A stretch of 64,000 nucleotides of DNA from Candidatus Bathyarchaeia archaeon (GCA_050010515.1 JBEKKX010000001.1:64627-128626), one strand, 5' to 3'; numbered from the stretch's first letter, positions 17,938-28,118 are shown. Made by a program: numbers and translations. The notes: generated from the letters alone by a model not told the origin.

Positions 17938-18483
17938 TTATTTCAACCCAAGCTTACTCACAACTTCTAAAGGCAAATCATCCTCACCGATTTTAAAGGT
18001 GTGTGGCTCTTCAATCTTCAAGATTACCCGTAGATCTTCGGGATCTAATTCTCGGATAAGATGAGTTAATTCTTTTTTAGCTATCTCAAAATGGTCCTTG
18101 AAAGCAGCTTTGTTGCTGTAAAATACTCCTGCGAAAGCGCAGATTTCAGGTTTTTTTAGGAACCATTCAACTTTTTTGGTGGAAAAGTTAATGTCAAATG
18201 TTACTGGTCCAGCCCTGCATGTTTCAGGCTTGACGGGGTGTACCGAGCATTTTCCTGTGTCTTTATCGAAAAGCCTGCAGAAAACAAGTTCGTCAACTGC
18301 GGGATAAGAATAGTGTTCTTTAGCGAATGGTTTTTCAATGTTAATCTTTTGCTTTTCTATGTATTCTTTTATTATTTTTTTTCGTTTTTCGCTTAGTGGT
18401 GGTTTGGCGTCTTGGCAGCAGCTAATTTTGCATTGGCTACAAACATCAAACGAATAAGTTGCTCCATTCTTGTCTTCAGGCAT
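17938..18483 (-). CDS. YkgJ family cysteine-cluster protein
   Basis: CSQC..SCC, FCRLFD..GKCSVHPVKPETCRAGP. Confidence 0.85.
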   Translation of the reverse strand: MPEDKNGATYSFDVCSQCKISCCQDAKPPLSEKRKKIIKEYIEKQKINIEKPFAKEHYSYPAVDELVFCRLFDKDTGKCSVHPVKPETCRAGPVTFDINFSTKKVEWFLKKPEICAFAGVFYSNKAAFKDHFEIAKKELTHLIRELDPEDLRVILKIEEPHTFKIGEDDLPLEVVSKLGLK

Positions 18484-18500
18484 TAAGGTGACACCATTTT

Positions 18501-19670
18501 TTAAAAGTATGGTTCATTATCAGAGAGGCACTTAATAAGTGTTGAATAAACGTTTATGACCGCTTGATGGAAATCGGTTTTTTCCGCGCGCCTCAAGACT
18601 CTGGTCCGTATGAGTTCAGACAGGCTGCCATTTTCTAGCCGTTTCTTAATAATCCACAGGTACCTTTTCTCGTCTTCATCTGCATATTCATGAGCTAAGT
18701 TAAAGTAGCGTTGGCATACCTGCCTTGCTGTTTTACCGTTAGGGTTTGAGACTTGAGCGTTTAACCCGTTCTTAACTACTGCGTGGAAGTCTTTGACTAG
18801 CAGGTCATGCGGTAAAAGCTCAGCCTTTAAGGCAATTAGTCCTCTGAGGGTGGCGCGTATGAAACAGCTCAAAGCCACATCGGATTTAACGCATTCCTGC
18901 TCATCCATCACACGGATTTCAAGGGCTGAGCGGTCAAACCTGAAAATTACGCCTCTTGAATTAACCCATTCCCTTGACAGCAGAGTTTTGCCTGCGCCAG
19001 CTTTAGATAAATCCTCGGAATACCGCCCAATAACACCATGCTTATACTGGTTAAACGAGTCAGCATATTCAGGGATAACCTCACCCGCTACGGATGGGAT
19101 TTCTCTCTGGTTTATCTTGTAGAATTGCAGTCGGTTGTCGACATTGGGACCGGTTTTGCCTTCATAGATTGGCGAGGAAGCAGTGATTGCTGGAATATAA
19201 GCGCATAAGTTAGCAAGCAAATTATGCGTTTGTATGCCGTCGGTTTCTTTTTGGTATGGGAGGTTTAGGTGGAAGCTTTGTATGTTTAGCCAGCCATGCT
19301 GGTTTAGGTTGAAGATCTTGGCGTATTCCTGATAGATTTTTCTGTGATAGTGGGGCCAGATGGCAGTATCTTCTAGCTTAAGTAGAGGATGCATTCCTGT
19401 TCCAAGAAGCATAGCATCTTGTTTGCTCACGATTTGGTTTAGGGTTGAGACCGCGTTTTGCATTATCTCTTCGAATTGGACAGGCGATTTGAAGGGAGAG
19501 TTCGCTTTTACTTCCATTACGTGAAGTTGCATCTCTTTTCCAAAGGTGAAGGCGGGCAACTTCACGAAGTTGATGATTTTTCCACAGTAATCCTTTATGA
19601 TTTTGTCAGCGACTGGCAGGACTTTTAGTTCTTGGTTCACCAATGAAAACTCATGTTCTGGCCCGAGCAC
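18501..19670 (-). CDS. Glutamate-cysteine ligase family 2 (GCS2, carboxylate-amine ligase)
   Basis: GPEHEF, GTGMHP, QSFHLNLP, ASSP..EG, DNRL, NSRG...RFDR.ALEIRVMD. Confidence 0.9.
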   Translation of the reverse strand: MLGPEHEFSLVNQELKVLPVADKIIKDYCGKIINFVKLPAFTFGKEMQLHVMEVKANSPFKSPVQFEEIMQNAVSTLNQIVSKQDAMLLGTGMHPLLKLEDTAIWPHYHRKIYQEYAKIFNLNQHGWLNIQSFHLNLPYQKETDGIQTHNLLANLCAYIPAITASSPIYEGKTGPNVDNRLQFYKINQREIPSVAGEVIPEYADSFNQYKHGVIGRYSEDLSKAGAGKTLLSREWVNSRGVIFRFDRSALEIRVMDEQECVKSDVALSCFIRATLRGLIALKAELLPHDLLVKDFHAVVKNGLNAQVSNPNGKTARQVCQRYFNLAHEYADEDEKRYLWIIKKRLENGSLSELIRTRVLRRAEKTDFHQAVINVYSTLIKCLSDNEPYF

Positions 19671-19794
19671 TTCAAGCGGTTTATACGTAGGCTATGCCTC
19701 TTTTTGTTTAGAGTTAATTTTGGATGCGAATATAATGATAGTTAATCTTAAATATAACTGCACTAATAACGCCTTTTAATTAACCTGGTGTCTC

Positions 19795-20496
19795 ATGACC
19801 GTGTTGGTCGTCTCAAATATCGACCTAACCACTAATTCGCAAGTAATGAAGCCCGCTACGTTTTTAGATTCCACAATCAAAGAAGCCACCCTCAACATCA
19901 ACAACGAATATCGATACCTCAAAACAGGCTATTATGTTTCGATGCACGCTGAAATTCTCGGCAACCGCGTTATTCCATCATGTGAAAACATTATTGACTC
20001 AAGCAGGACCCCGATTCTCCTTCTTAGAGCAGCCAAAGCGGGGGTGCCCACCTTACCCTTCCTCGTCACAGATTCTGTTAAAAAAATAACCAACGAACTC
20101 GGCTTCCCAGTCATCCTCTTTGCAGTAAATCCTTTCATTTACGACGGCTACAAAGTCGCCCACAACAAAAGCGCGCTCTACCGCGCCATGAAAAGCCTAG
20201 GCATGAACTACAAATTCGCCGTCTGTGCCCAACCCATCAAAGGCGAACTCTTCGCCGTCAAAACCTTCTTCGGCAAAACAACCAACACAGACCTTCAATT
20301 ACAAGAGATCGCAGAAAAAGTTTACAAAACCTTCAAAATCCCACTTTGCAAACTCCACATACAAAAAACAGTAGACAAAGCTTATCTTTGTGGACTGCAA
20401 CCCGTAAACAGAAAGGAGCTTTCCGAACAAGACTTGCAAATAATTTCCAAAGAGGTCTCGCTCATTTCTGAGCAAGGTGAACCCTTCGGTGTCTAA
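19795..20496 (+). CDS. RimK-like ATP-grasp N-terminal (RLAN) domain protein
   Basis: YRYLKTGYYVSMHAE..GNRVIPS RLAN motif, followed by a degenerate ATP-grasp-like region. Confidence 0.75.
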   Translation: MTVLVVSNIDLTTNSQVMKPATFLDSTIKEATLNINNEYRYLKTGYYVSMHAEILGNRVIPSCENIIDSSRTPILLLRAAKAGVPTLPFLVTDSVKKITNELGFPVILFAVNPFIYDGYKVAHNKSALYRAMKSLGMNYKFAVCAQPIKGELFAVKTFFGKTTNTDLQLQEIAEKVYKTFKIPLCKLHIQKTVDKAYLCGLQPVNRKELSEQDLQIISKEVSLISEQGEPFGV

Positions 20497-21367
20497 AATC
20501 GCCTGCTTTGTTGAAAAATATAACTTCACTGATCCAAGAGAGGAAGGCGCACTTCAAAACTTCAAGTTAGCCGCAGAAAAACAAGGGCAAGAATTCCATT
20601 TTTTGTTCCGTGAAGATATTTCAGACGTCGCAAAATATGATGCTGTCTTCATTAGGGCAACAACCGACCCCTTGAATACGGCGTACGTTGTGTCTAAAAC
20701 AGCATGGGAACTGGGCTTGAAAGTTATTGATGATCCTGAATCGATAACTATTTGCGGTAACAAAATTCATCAATACGCATTATTTGAGAAGTATAATGTG
20801 CCGTATATACCCACCATGTTCCTAAACAAAGATGAACTGCACCACAAAAAAATCAGCGAAATATTTGACGCACTCGGAAAACCGGTTGTCATAAAAGCGC
20901 CTTACACAAGTTTCTCACGTTACGTGGAGAAAGCTGCCTGCGAAACAAGCTTTAGAGACGTTGCTAAACGGTTCTTCAAGAAATCTGACGTATTAGCGAT
21001 TCAAAAGTTTACGCCAACAGCTTTCGACTGGAGAGTCGGCGTACTAAACAACGATGTGCTCTACGTGTGTAAGTATATGATTCCTAAGGGTAAATGGAAG
21101 CATGGCGCCAAACTCCGAGGCAAACCAACCGTGATTTGGGGCAGAACTGTAAGCATCAAGAGACAGGAAATCCCAGCTAGACTCAGGGAAGTAGCATTAA
21201 AGGCGTGCAGTGTCGTAGGAAAAGGGCTCTACGGCGTGGACATCAAAGAAGTAGACGGCGACTACGTTGTGGTAGAAGTTAACGATAACCCAAGCATTTA
21301 CGCTGGCTACGAAGACTCAATGGACCACGACATTTACCAAAGAATCATCTCTTACTTATCAGAATAG
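20489..21367 (+). CDS. RimK-family ATP-grasp ligase
   Basis: YDAVFIR, VIDDP, CGNK, PVVIKAP.TSFS, FDWRVGVL, GLYGVDIKE, EVNDNPS; GTG 20489 after AAGGTGA RBS (track start 20477). Confidence 0.9.
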   Translation: MSKIACFVEKYNFTDPREEGALQNFKLAAEKQGQEFHFLFREDISDVAKYDAVFIRATTDPLNTAYVVSKTAWELGLKVIDDPESITICGNKIHQYALFEKYNVPYIPTMFLNKDELHHKKISEIFDALGKPVVIKAPYTSFSRYVEKAACETSFRDVAKRFFKKSDVLAIQKFTPTAFDWRVGVLNNDVLYVCKYMIPKGKWKHGAKLRGKPTVIWGRTVSIKRQEIPARLREVALKACSVVGKGLYGVDIKEVDGDYVVVEVNDNPSIYAGYEDSMDHDIYQRIISYLSE

Positions 21368-21434
21368 CCTCAATACGCTTTCGACACCTATTTATTATAA
21401 CGCTCATTTATCCAGTGCATAGGAGATTAGCGTC

Positions 21435-22406
21435 ATGCCTAAAGAAGCACATAAAGAACATAAAGAAGCAGTGAAAGATTACCAATTTACCGAGCAGATG
21501 TCTGTAGATGAGCTTGTTAACCAGATGGATAAAGCATGGGGTTTCACCGCGGGCAAACTTGCTGTAGGCGTCAACATAATGGAATCCATGATTAACACAA
21601 AGGGCTGTGTAAAGTTCCTCTCTTTCACCGGCAACCTGATTGCCACAGGCACACGAGGCGTGGTCAGGGAGCTTGTTAAACGCAAACTAGTCGATGTCAT
21701 CATCACTACTTGCGGCACATTGGATCATGACATAGCACGCTGCTGGAGAGACTACTACAAAGGCAGCTTTGTAATGAACGATTCAAGACTGCATCAAGAA
21801 GGAGTAAACCGCCTGGGAAACGTGCTTGTCCCAAATGACAGCTACGGCATAATCATAGAGCAGAAAATCCAAGCGCTACTACAAGAGTTATACAAGGAAG
21901 GCAAACACGAACTCTCAGCCAGCCAGCTAGTCCGAGAAATCGGTTTACGCTGCTGCAACGACAGCTCAATTCTTTATTGGGCAGCCAAAAACAACATTCC
22001 AATCTTTGTACCAGGCATAACCGACGGTGCAGTAGGCTATCAAACTTGGTTCTTCAGCCAAGATCATGATTTTAGGCTTAACGTGCTTAAAGACGAAGGC
22101 GAACTAAACAACATCATTTTTGACGCTAAGAAAAGCGGCGCCCTAATTGTCGGCGGAGGAATCAGCAAGCACCACACAATTTGGTGGAACCAGTTCAAAG
22201 ACGGCTTAGACTTCGTCGTTTACATAAGCACAGCAGACGAGTGGGATGGAAGCCTCAGCGGCGCAAGACCACGCGAAGCCGTTTCGTGGGGGAAAATAAA
22301 CGAAAAAGCCAAACGCATAATGATTGAAGGCGACGCTTCAGTAATCATGCCAATAATGGCTAGTTCGCTTTTTGATAGGCTTAGCAAAAAGAAAATAAAA
22401 AGTTAG
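21435..22406 (+). CDS. dys: Deoxyhypusine synthase
   Basis: FTGNLIATG, RLGNV, PGITDG, GGGISKHH, GSLSGA..REAVSWGK. Confidence 0.93.
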   Translation: MPKEAHKEHKEAVKDYQFTEQMSVDELVNQMDKAWGFTAGKLAVGVNIMESMINTKGCVKFLSFTGNLIATGTRGVVRELVKRKLVDVIITTCGTLDHDIARCWRDYYKGSFVMNDSRLHQEGVNRLGNVLVPNDSYGIIIEQKIQALLQELYKEGKHELSASQLVREIGLRCCNDSSILYWAAKNNIPIFVPGITDGAVGYQTWFFSQDHDFRLNVLKDEGELNNIIFDAKKSGALIVGGGISKHHTIWWNQFKDGLDFVVYISTADEWDGSLSGARPREAVSWGKINEKAKRIMIEGDASVIMPIMASSLFDRLSKKKIKS

Positions 22407-22410
22407 GCGT

Positions 22411-23475
22411 TTAAATTACGCCTTTTAGGAGCCAGGACATGTCTGGCCCTTTCCGTTTTTCTGGAACGCGCTCGCAGAGCGCATGGGCTATGAGGGGCAG
22501 CGCGATTGTGGCGTCGCAGTAGCATACTGCGCGTGTTCCTTCTTGGCTGTTGATTTTGCCCCAGCTAATCGCTTCTTCCAATGTGCAGCCGGATAAGCCT
22601 CCCCATTGCTGTGAGTCTGTGGTTATTTGTATGGCGTATTTGTGGGGGTAATAGTATTCTTGTAAGCCTTTGCGTAAGCCGCCTTTTCTTCCTTTTACGC
22701 CTTGGTCCTGAGTCATGGGTGAAACTGATATGGCGATGAGTTGTGTTAGGTCTTTGGGGACGCCGCCGCCGATGTAGACTACGCCGACATCTTTGGTTTT
22801 TGTGCCTATGCTGATGAACTGGTCAAATTCCTTAACGGAATCGATGGTGATGTTGTGCCCTTGGTTTTTAGCCATCAGGAAGGTTTCGCCGTAGGCGCTG
22901 TCAACCATGGCTGGGCTGAAGATTGGGACGCCGTTTGCCGCTGCAACAGCGGAGATGGCTGGAATCTTTTTCTTGCCTAGGTATTTGCCGAGCAAGTATA
23001 GGAATTCTGCGGATGTGTAATTGTAATCGGTTTTTAGAGTCATGACGAAGTCGGTGACTACTTCTTCCATTTTGCGGTAATCCGTTTCCTTCCCGAAAAC
23101 ATCGTAGTACCTGTTAACGTCCGCTTTCAGCAGCGCTTCGTCGTCAACCATGTGGCTTCCCTGCCAGTAACCCAAACCCATAGCATCAACAATGTCTTCT
23201 GAAACGTTAGCGCCAGTAGAAACCAGCACGTCGATGAAGCGGTTTTCTATAAGCCAATTAATTATTGTCCATTGCCCCGCGGTGCTCATGGAACCAGCAA
23301 AACCCATGGCTATGGTCAAATCTTTTTCTTTAAGCATGTTTTCCCAAACATCAACGGCTTCACCAAGCTTTCTTCCCTGATAAGCTGTTTTGCTCATTTC
23401 AGCTAAAAGTTGTGAAATGCTTTTTTGTTTGACTTTTATTGGTTCGAGTTTCTTTTTGAAGTATGAATCGCTCAT
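22411..23475 (-). CDS. Second deoxyhypusine-synthase-family protein (possible homospermidine synthase)
   Basis: AGSMSTAG, VSTGAN, SPAMVDS, GGGVPKD, WGGLSGCTLEEAISWGK; start at ATG 23475 preferred (track 23538). Confidence 0.85.
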   Translation of the reverse strand: MSDSYFKKKLEPIKVKQKSISQLLAEMSKTAYQGRKLGEAVDVWENMLKEKDLTIAMGFAGSMSTAGQWTIINWLIENRFIDVLVSTGANVSEDIVDAMGLGYWQGSHMVDDEALLKADVNRYYDVFGKETDYRKMEEVVTDFVMTLKTDYNYTSAEFLYLLGKYLGKKKIPAISAVAAANGVPIFSPAMVDSAYGETFLMAKNQGHNITIDSVKEFDQFISIGTKTKDVGVVYIGGGVPKDLTQLIAISVSPMTQDQGVKGRKGGLRKGLQEYYYPHKYAIQITTDSQQWGGLSGCTLEEAISWGKINSQEGTRAVCYCDATIALPLIAHALCERVPEKRKGPDMSWLLKGVI

Positions 23476-23726
23476 TAATCTGCACCTCGTTGTAAAATTA
23501 ATAGGCTTGTATATGAAATTTGCCATTGCAAAAATCAACCAACCATGCGCATGATAGCCTAATTTGTGGCTAAATTTAGTTCACAGCTGAATATTTAGAA
23601 TACAATGACTAGGCTCTACCTACCTCAATTTAGCTAAAGAAACTCATCAACAAAATTGACTCCCTCTCCCTCTTTTTGTTAAGTGATTTCACTAGCTAAA
23701 AGTAGACCTCTGCCCCTATCGCTCTG

Positions 23727-25676
23727 CTACATTTTTTCTGGTGCAACGACTCCAATGAGAGTTAAAGCGTTATGCATGACGATTTGTATGGCTTGCGTTA
23801 ATGTTATGCGTGCGTCGCTGAGCTCCTGCGTTTCTGCTTTTATGACTGGGATTGCGTTGTAGAATGTGTTGAATTTGTCTGCTAACGCGTTTGCGTAGTC
23901 AGCAATTAAGTTCGGTTTTAGGTATTCTGTGGCTTCGATGAAGGTGCCTGGGAAGCTTGATAGGTTTAAGATGAGCTCGTGCTCAAGCTTTTCGGAGAGC
24001 AGTTCGTATGCTGGTTTTTCTGGTTCTCTTGCCGCTTTGCGCATAATGCTGCATGCTCTTGCATGAGTGTATTGTACGTATGGTGCACTGTTGGTTTCGA
24101 AGTTGAGCACGCGCTCCCAGGTAAATATGACTGGCTTTGAAGAATCAACATCGACAAGCGCGTAACGCACAGCACCTAAACCGACAAAGCTGGCGATTTT
24201 GCTTTTTTCTTCCTCGGAAAGTTGCGGTGAGCGCTTCGAAACTTCTTCGTAGGCTCGTTGAACCGCTTCGTTGAGAACTTCGTCCAAAGTAATGTAGTGC
24301 CCTCTGCGGCTGCTCATCTTGTAACCGGGCAAAGTAACCAAATTGTAAGCGAAATGAACCAGATTCTCAGCGTATTCACTGTAACCTAATGCGTATAGTG
24401 CAAGTTTTAACTGAAGCTGTGCCAGCGACTGCTCCACACCAATAACGTTTATGACTTTTTGTGCATGCTTGAACTTCCATAGCGTATAAGCTATGTCACG
24501 AGTAGTGTATAATGTGGTGCCGTCGGCACGCACAAGCGTTAACGATGGAACCTCATTATTCTCACCCAAACCCAACTTGTCCTTCAAATTCAGGATTTCT
24601 GCGGCTTTTTCCGCATCAAACTCTAACACGCCTTTTTCGCTGTAAACAAATGGTGAAGTCTTCAGTTTCTGCAAGACCTCACTAACTTGGGTGCTCCACA
24701 CGAAGTCGCTTTCCCAATCCCATGAGTCATAAGTGACTTCAACTCGTTTCATGGTTTCTCTGAAACCTTCAAGGCACAAGTCGCTGACTTCACGGATAAG
24801 CTGTTTAGCTTTAGGTTCCCCATCCTCGTAAGCTCGGTTCAGTCGGTTTATTTCTTCCTCTGGATTTTGGTCTTCACCGATTTTAGCTATCAATGCTTCA
24901 AAGAGCACTGGATATTTTTCTTTAAGTTCAGCGGCAATTGACATCCACTCGTCAATTTCCTTATTTGCCTTTACTAAATCGTCACTTGAATGGATTGCAA
25001 TAGCGAGTTCACGTGTTTTTTTCAAACGTTTGATTTCAACAAGACAACTGGTAACGGTGTAGATTTTGCCAACGAAATGGTCAGGTTTCTCTGTTGGTTT
25101 TGGTCTGCCGAGCTTTTCGTAACCATAAGCGACAACAGATGATTGCCTGCCAACATCATCAATGTAGTAATGTCGTGAAACCTTATTTCCCCTGCATTCT
25201 AGAATGCGTGTTAAAGCGTCACCTAGCATGGGATTTCTGGCTTGTCCAATATGGATTGGATGAAGCGGATTAACGCTTGTGTGCTCAACGATAATTTTAG
25301 TTGGCTCAGCAGTCTTAACAAAGCCATAATCAAACTTTAACTGCTTAACCGATTCCAAAGTTAAAGCTGAAAACTTGGCGAAGTTAACATGAAAATTTAT
25401 GTATCCTGCACCTGCACATGAAACCTTCTCAATCAGTTTAAAGCTGGATTTGTCGATTGCAGCGACTAGATGCCCCGCAAGGTCTAGTGGTTTTTGGTTT
25501 AGTTTCTTTGCCAACTCAAAACACAGTGAGGAAGCTAACTGGCCATATTCAATGTTTGGTGTCTTACTTAGCGTAATACGTGGCGTTTTTATTTCAGGCA
25601 AAGCCTTCTTCAACGCATTTGCCAATACAGTTTGGCATTCTTGGCGAAATTGATCGAATGGATTTTCTGAAATCAT
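23727..25676 (-). CDS. argS: Arginine--tRNA ligase
   Basis: EHTSVNP..PIHIG, KMSSRRG, YVQYTHAR. Confidence 0.97.
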   Translation of the reverse strand: MISENPFDQFRQECQTVLANALKKALPEIKTPRITLSKTPNIEYGQLASSLCFELAKKLNQKPLDLAGHLVAAIDKSSFKLIEKVSCAGAGYINFHVNFAKFSALTLESVKQLKFDYGFVKTAEPTKIIVEHTSVNPLHPIHIGQARNPMLGDALTRILECRGNKVSRHYYIDDVGRQSSVVAYGYEKLGRPKPTEKPDHFVGKIYTVTSCLVEIKRLKKTRELAIAIHSSDDLVKANKEIDEWMSIAAELKEKYPVLFEALIAKIGEDQNPEEEINRLNRAYEDGEPKAKQLIREVSDLCLEGFRETMKRVEVTYDSWDWESDFVWSTQVSEVLQKLKTSPFVYSEKGVLEFDAEKAAEILNLKDKLGLGENNEVPSLTLVRADGTTLYTTRDIAYTLWKFKHAQKVINVIGVEQSLAQLQLKLALYALGYSEYAENLVHFAYNLVTLPGYKMSSRRGHYITLDEVLNEAVQRAYEEVSKRSPQLSEEEKSKIASFVGLGAVRYALVDVDSSKPVIFTWERVLNFETNSAPYVQYTHARACSIMRKAAREPEKPAYELLSEKLEHELILNLSSFPGTFIEATEYLKPNLIADYANALADKFNTFYNAIPVIKAETQELSDARITLTQAIQIVMHNALTLIGVVAPEKM

Positions 25677-25766
25677 TAAGCCTTTTTCTCCTATTCCTTT
25701 TTGTTGACGCTAACTTTGTTGAGGTTATGTTTTTTAAATGTGTAAGCGTATTTATCTGTCTAATGG

Positions 25767-26627
25767 ATGCAGTTAGCGATGAAAACAAAGGTAATCTATT
25801 CAGAAAAATGTTTAGGCTACGGCACATGGCACATTGAAGGACCACAACGAGTAAAAACCGCATCTGAAATTTTGAAAGCTAAAGGTTACGAGTTTTTGGA
25901 GCCAACGCCTGCAAGTGAAGAAGACTTGTTAACTGTTCATGATGCTGATTACCTTTGGAATCTAAAGAAAGGCTTAGTTGAAGATTCAGATACACCTGCA
26001 TATGACAAAATCTATGAGTTTGCGAGGCTTTCGGTTGGTGGTGCACTTTTAGCCTCAAGAATTAATGGTTTTTCGCTTATGCGTCCACCCGGACACCATG
26101 TTGGAAGAAGCGGTGCTGCTTTGGGTGTTTACACGCGTGGGTTCTGCTACCTCAACAATATTGCGGTAGCTGTTAAAGAGTTAGGCAAAAGAACGCTGAT
26201 TCTGGATATTGACGGACACCACGGCAACGGGACGCAGGAGATTTTTCAAGGTGACGAGAAAATCCTTTACGTTTCGCTGCATCAATCGTCCAATTATCCT
26301 GGAACTGGCTCTTTCACTGAAGGTAATTGTGTTAATTTTGCTTTGCCAGCAGATTGTGGTGGAAAACGTTATTTGGAGACGCTTGACAAAGCCTTGGGAA
26401 TGGTTGATTTGGGCAGGTTTGAGGAGATTGCCGTTTCCGCTGGTTTCGATACGCATCTGGGTGATTTAGCGTCTTTAGGCTTAATTGAGCAAGATTACTT
26501 TGACATTGGCAAAAGAGTTGCTTTGCTAGGGAAGCCTATGTTTCTTGTTTTGGAGGGTGGTTATATAGGTGAAAAGGTTGGGTTGGATATTGATATGCTT
26601 TTGAAGGGTTACGAAGAAAACAGATAA
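25767..26627 (+). CDS. Histone deacetylase family amidohydrolase
   Basis: RPPGHH, GFCYLNN, DIDGHHGNGTQ, SAGFD, LEGGY. Confidence 0.93.
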   Translation: MQLAMKTKVIYSEKCLGYGTWHIEGPQRVKTASEILKAKGYEFLEPTPASEEDLLTVHDADYLWNLKKGLVEDSDTPAYDKIYEFARLSVGGALLASRINGFSLMRPPGHHVGRSGAALGVYTRGFCYLNNIAVAVKELGKRTLILDIDGHHGNGTQEIFQGDEKILYVSLHQSSNYPGTGSFTEGNCVNFALPADCGGKRYLETLDKALGMVDLGRFEEIAVSAGFDTHLGDLASLGLIEQDYFDIGKRVALLGKPMFLVLEGGYIGEKVGLDIDMLLKGYEENR

Positions 26628-26640
26628 TTTGGAAAAGGAC

Positions 26641-27309
26641 TTACTTTTGCTTCTGTTTTGCAAGTGTCTTCTTGTTTAGTGCTTCAAGCTTCTCTGTAAC
26701 TTTTTCAGACCGCTTCTCTGCAACCGCTAACAATGGTTTCCAGTCTTTGTTTTTAACGGTAGTTGTTAGTTGTTCGCATTGCACCGACAGTTTTTCAAGT
26801 GCGTCGTTGAAGAGTTTTTCTGCAGCTTCGTCTGAATCCACTATTTCCAGTGCCTCTTCTGGACATGATTCTACGCATTTTGGTTCGCCTTGGCAAAGGT
26901 CACATGCGATAGATTTTCCAGTGTCACAGTTGATGGTGATTCCTCCATGTTCGCAGGCTTGTACGCACCAGTCGCAGCCTTTACATTTTTTTTCGTCTAT
27001 GATTAGTAAGCCTGTGTCTTCTGCTTGTGAGAGCGCGTTTTCCGGACATGCCTTAACGCATCTAGCGTCCTTGCATGCTCGGCATGATAATGCAAAGTTG
27101 AAGAGTGGTGCCATGCGGACAACTCGGATTCTGGACCGCATCGGGTTCCACATAGATTCGCCTTTTTCTACTGTGCAAGCATACTCGCAGATCCCGCAGC
27201 CAATGCACTTGCCCGGGTCAACGGCTACAAATTTTCTTTTTTGTTCGCTTTTAGCGGATTGCATTTTTGCATCAGACCTTTTTTGTTGCTTGAATATTGT
27301 GCGCATCAT
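26641..27309 (-). CDS. 4Fe-4S dicluster (DmsB/CooF-like) protein with helical C-terminal tail
   Basis: Four Cys motifs: CIGCGICEYAC, CRACKDARC, CKGCDWCVQAC, CDLCQGEPKC; true start may be downstream. Confidence 0.88.
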   Translation of the reverse strand: MMRTIFKQQKRSDAKMQSAKSEQKRKFVAVDPGKCIGCGICEYACTVEKGESMWNPMRSRIRVVRMAPLFNFALSCRACKDARCVKACPENALSQAEDTGLLIIDEKKCKGCDWCVQACEHGGITINCDTGKSIACDLCQGEPKCVESCPEEALEIVDSDEAAEKLFNDALEKLSVQCEQLTTTVKNKDWKPLLAVAEKRSEKVTEKLEALNKKTLAKQKQK

Positions 27310-27404
27310 TGCCTTTTAACCGTTACTTATGAAAAATGATTTTTTGATGAAAAAGTTGCTCTGCAAATAATTTGCGTCTTACATGCTGTTATTACTACTT
27401 AGAA

Positions 27405-27442
27405 TGCGGAGGGTGGGATTTGAACCCACGAACCCCTGCGGG
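27405..27442. repeat. 38-bp exact direct repeat of the tRNA-Leu 3' portion (att site)
   Basis: tgcggagggtgggatttgaacccacgaacccctgcggg, identical to 28034-28071. Confidence 0.95.
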
Positions 27443-27472
27443 TTTCCATTTAGCGGTCCGTAAGTTTGTGCA

Positions 27473-27736
27473 TTATGGCATTTTTCCCTTATAGAGGTCC
27501 GCTGTGCTATAACCATGCTCTCTCTCCATCTTTTCTCTAAAGTCCTTGTCATTAGTGATTTTCCAGCAAAGTAAAGCATCCTCAACGTTTTTCCGCATCC
27601 AAATTTGCCCCTTACTTATCAGAACAACTTCAAAGCGGTCGTTGAACCACTTTTCAGCTTCGGCAATATTATCGGTAATTCTAGTAATATACAGGTGCTT
27701 GTTTGTCAGCGCTTCTTGGAGTTCCTTTGTGCTCAT
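27473..27736 (-). CDS. Hypothetical protein (island cargo)
   Basis: 87 aa from ATG 27736 (MSTKELQEAL...); ORF is open to 27850. Confidence 0.55.
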   Translation of the reverse strand: MSTKELQEALTNKHLYITRITDNIAEAEKWFNDRFEVVLISKGQIWMRKNVEDALLCWKITNDKDFREKMEREHGYSTADLYKGKMP

Positions 27737-28030
27737 TTTTCTTTTCTCTCGCTCTTTCTTAACCTTCTTATTTTTACTCGAAAACGACTCTATTTTGTAT
27801 TGTCTGTGCTTATTTGATTTATGTAGAACTTGCCTGATTAGAGCTAACAATAGTAGCTAAAATAACAAACCAAGTGCGTAATGTTTTTGATTTTTTTGTG
27901 TTAATAACTTCCTTTGAAAATTCCCAAGCAAGGCTTTTACTTGAATGATATGCTTTCCTGCAGAATTGGTAAACAGGATAAACAAGTCTTGGGAACAATA
28001 ACCTTGATTTAAAATCCGAAGGGCGAAAGA

Positions 28031-28118
28031 TGGTGCGGAGGGTGGGATTTGAACCCACGAACCCCTGCGGGATAGGAGCCTCAGTCCTACGCCTTTGGCC
28101 ATGCTGGGCGACCTCCGC
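28031..28118 (-). tRNA. tRNA-Leu (anticodon GAG), CCA encoded
   Basis: GCGGAGG acceptor stem, anticodon arm TAGGA-CTGAGGC-TCCTA, long variable arm, GGTTCAAATCC T-loop, ends ACCA. Confidence 0.96.

Larger units (their letters stand above)
27405..28071. mobile_element. Mini integrated element or remnant at tRNA-Leu, bounded by att repeats
   Basis: ~590 bp AT-rich segment between two 38-bp repeats; no intact integrase. Confidence 0.75.
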
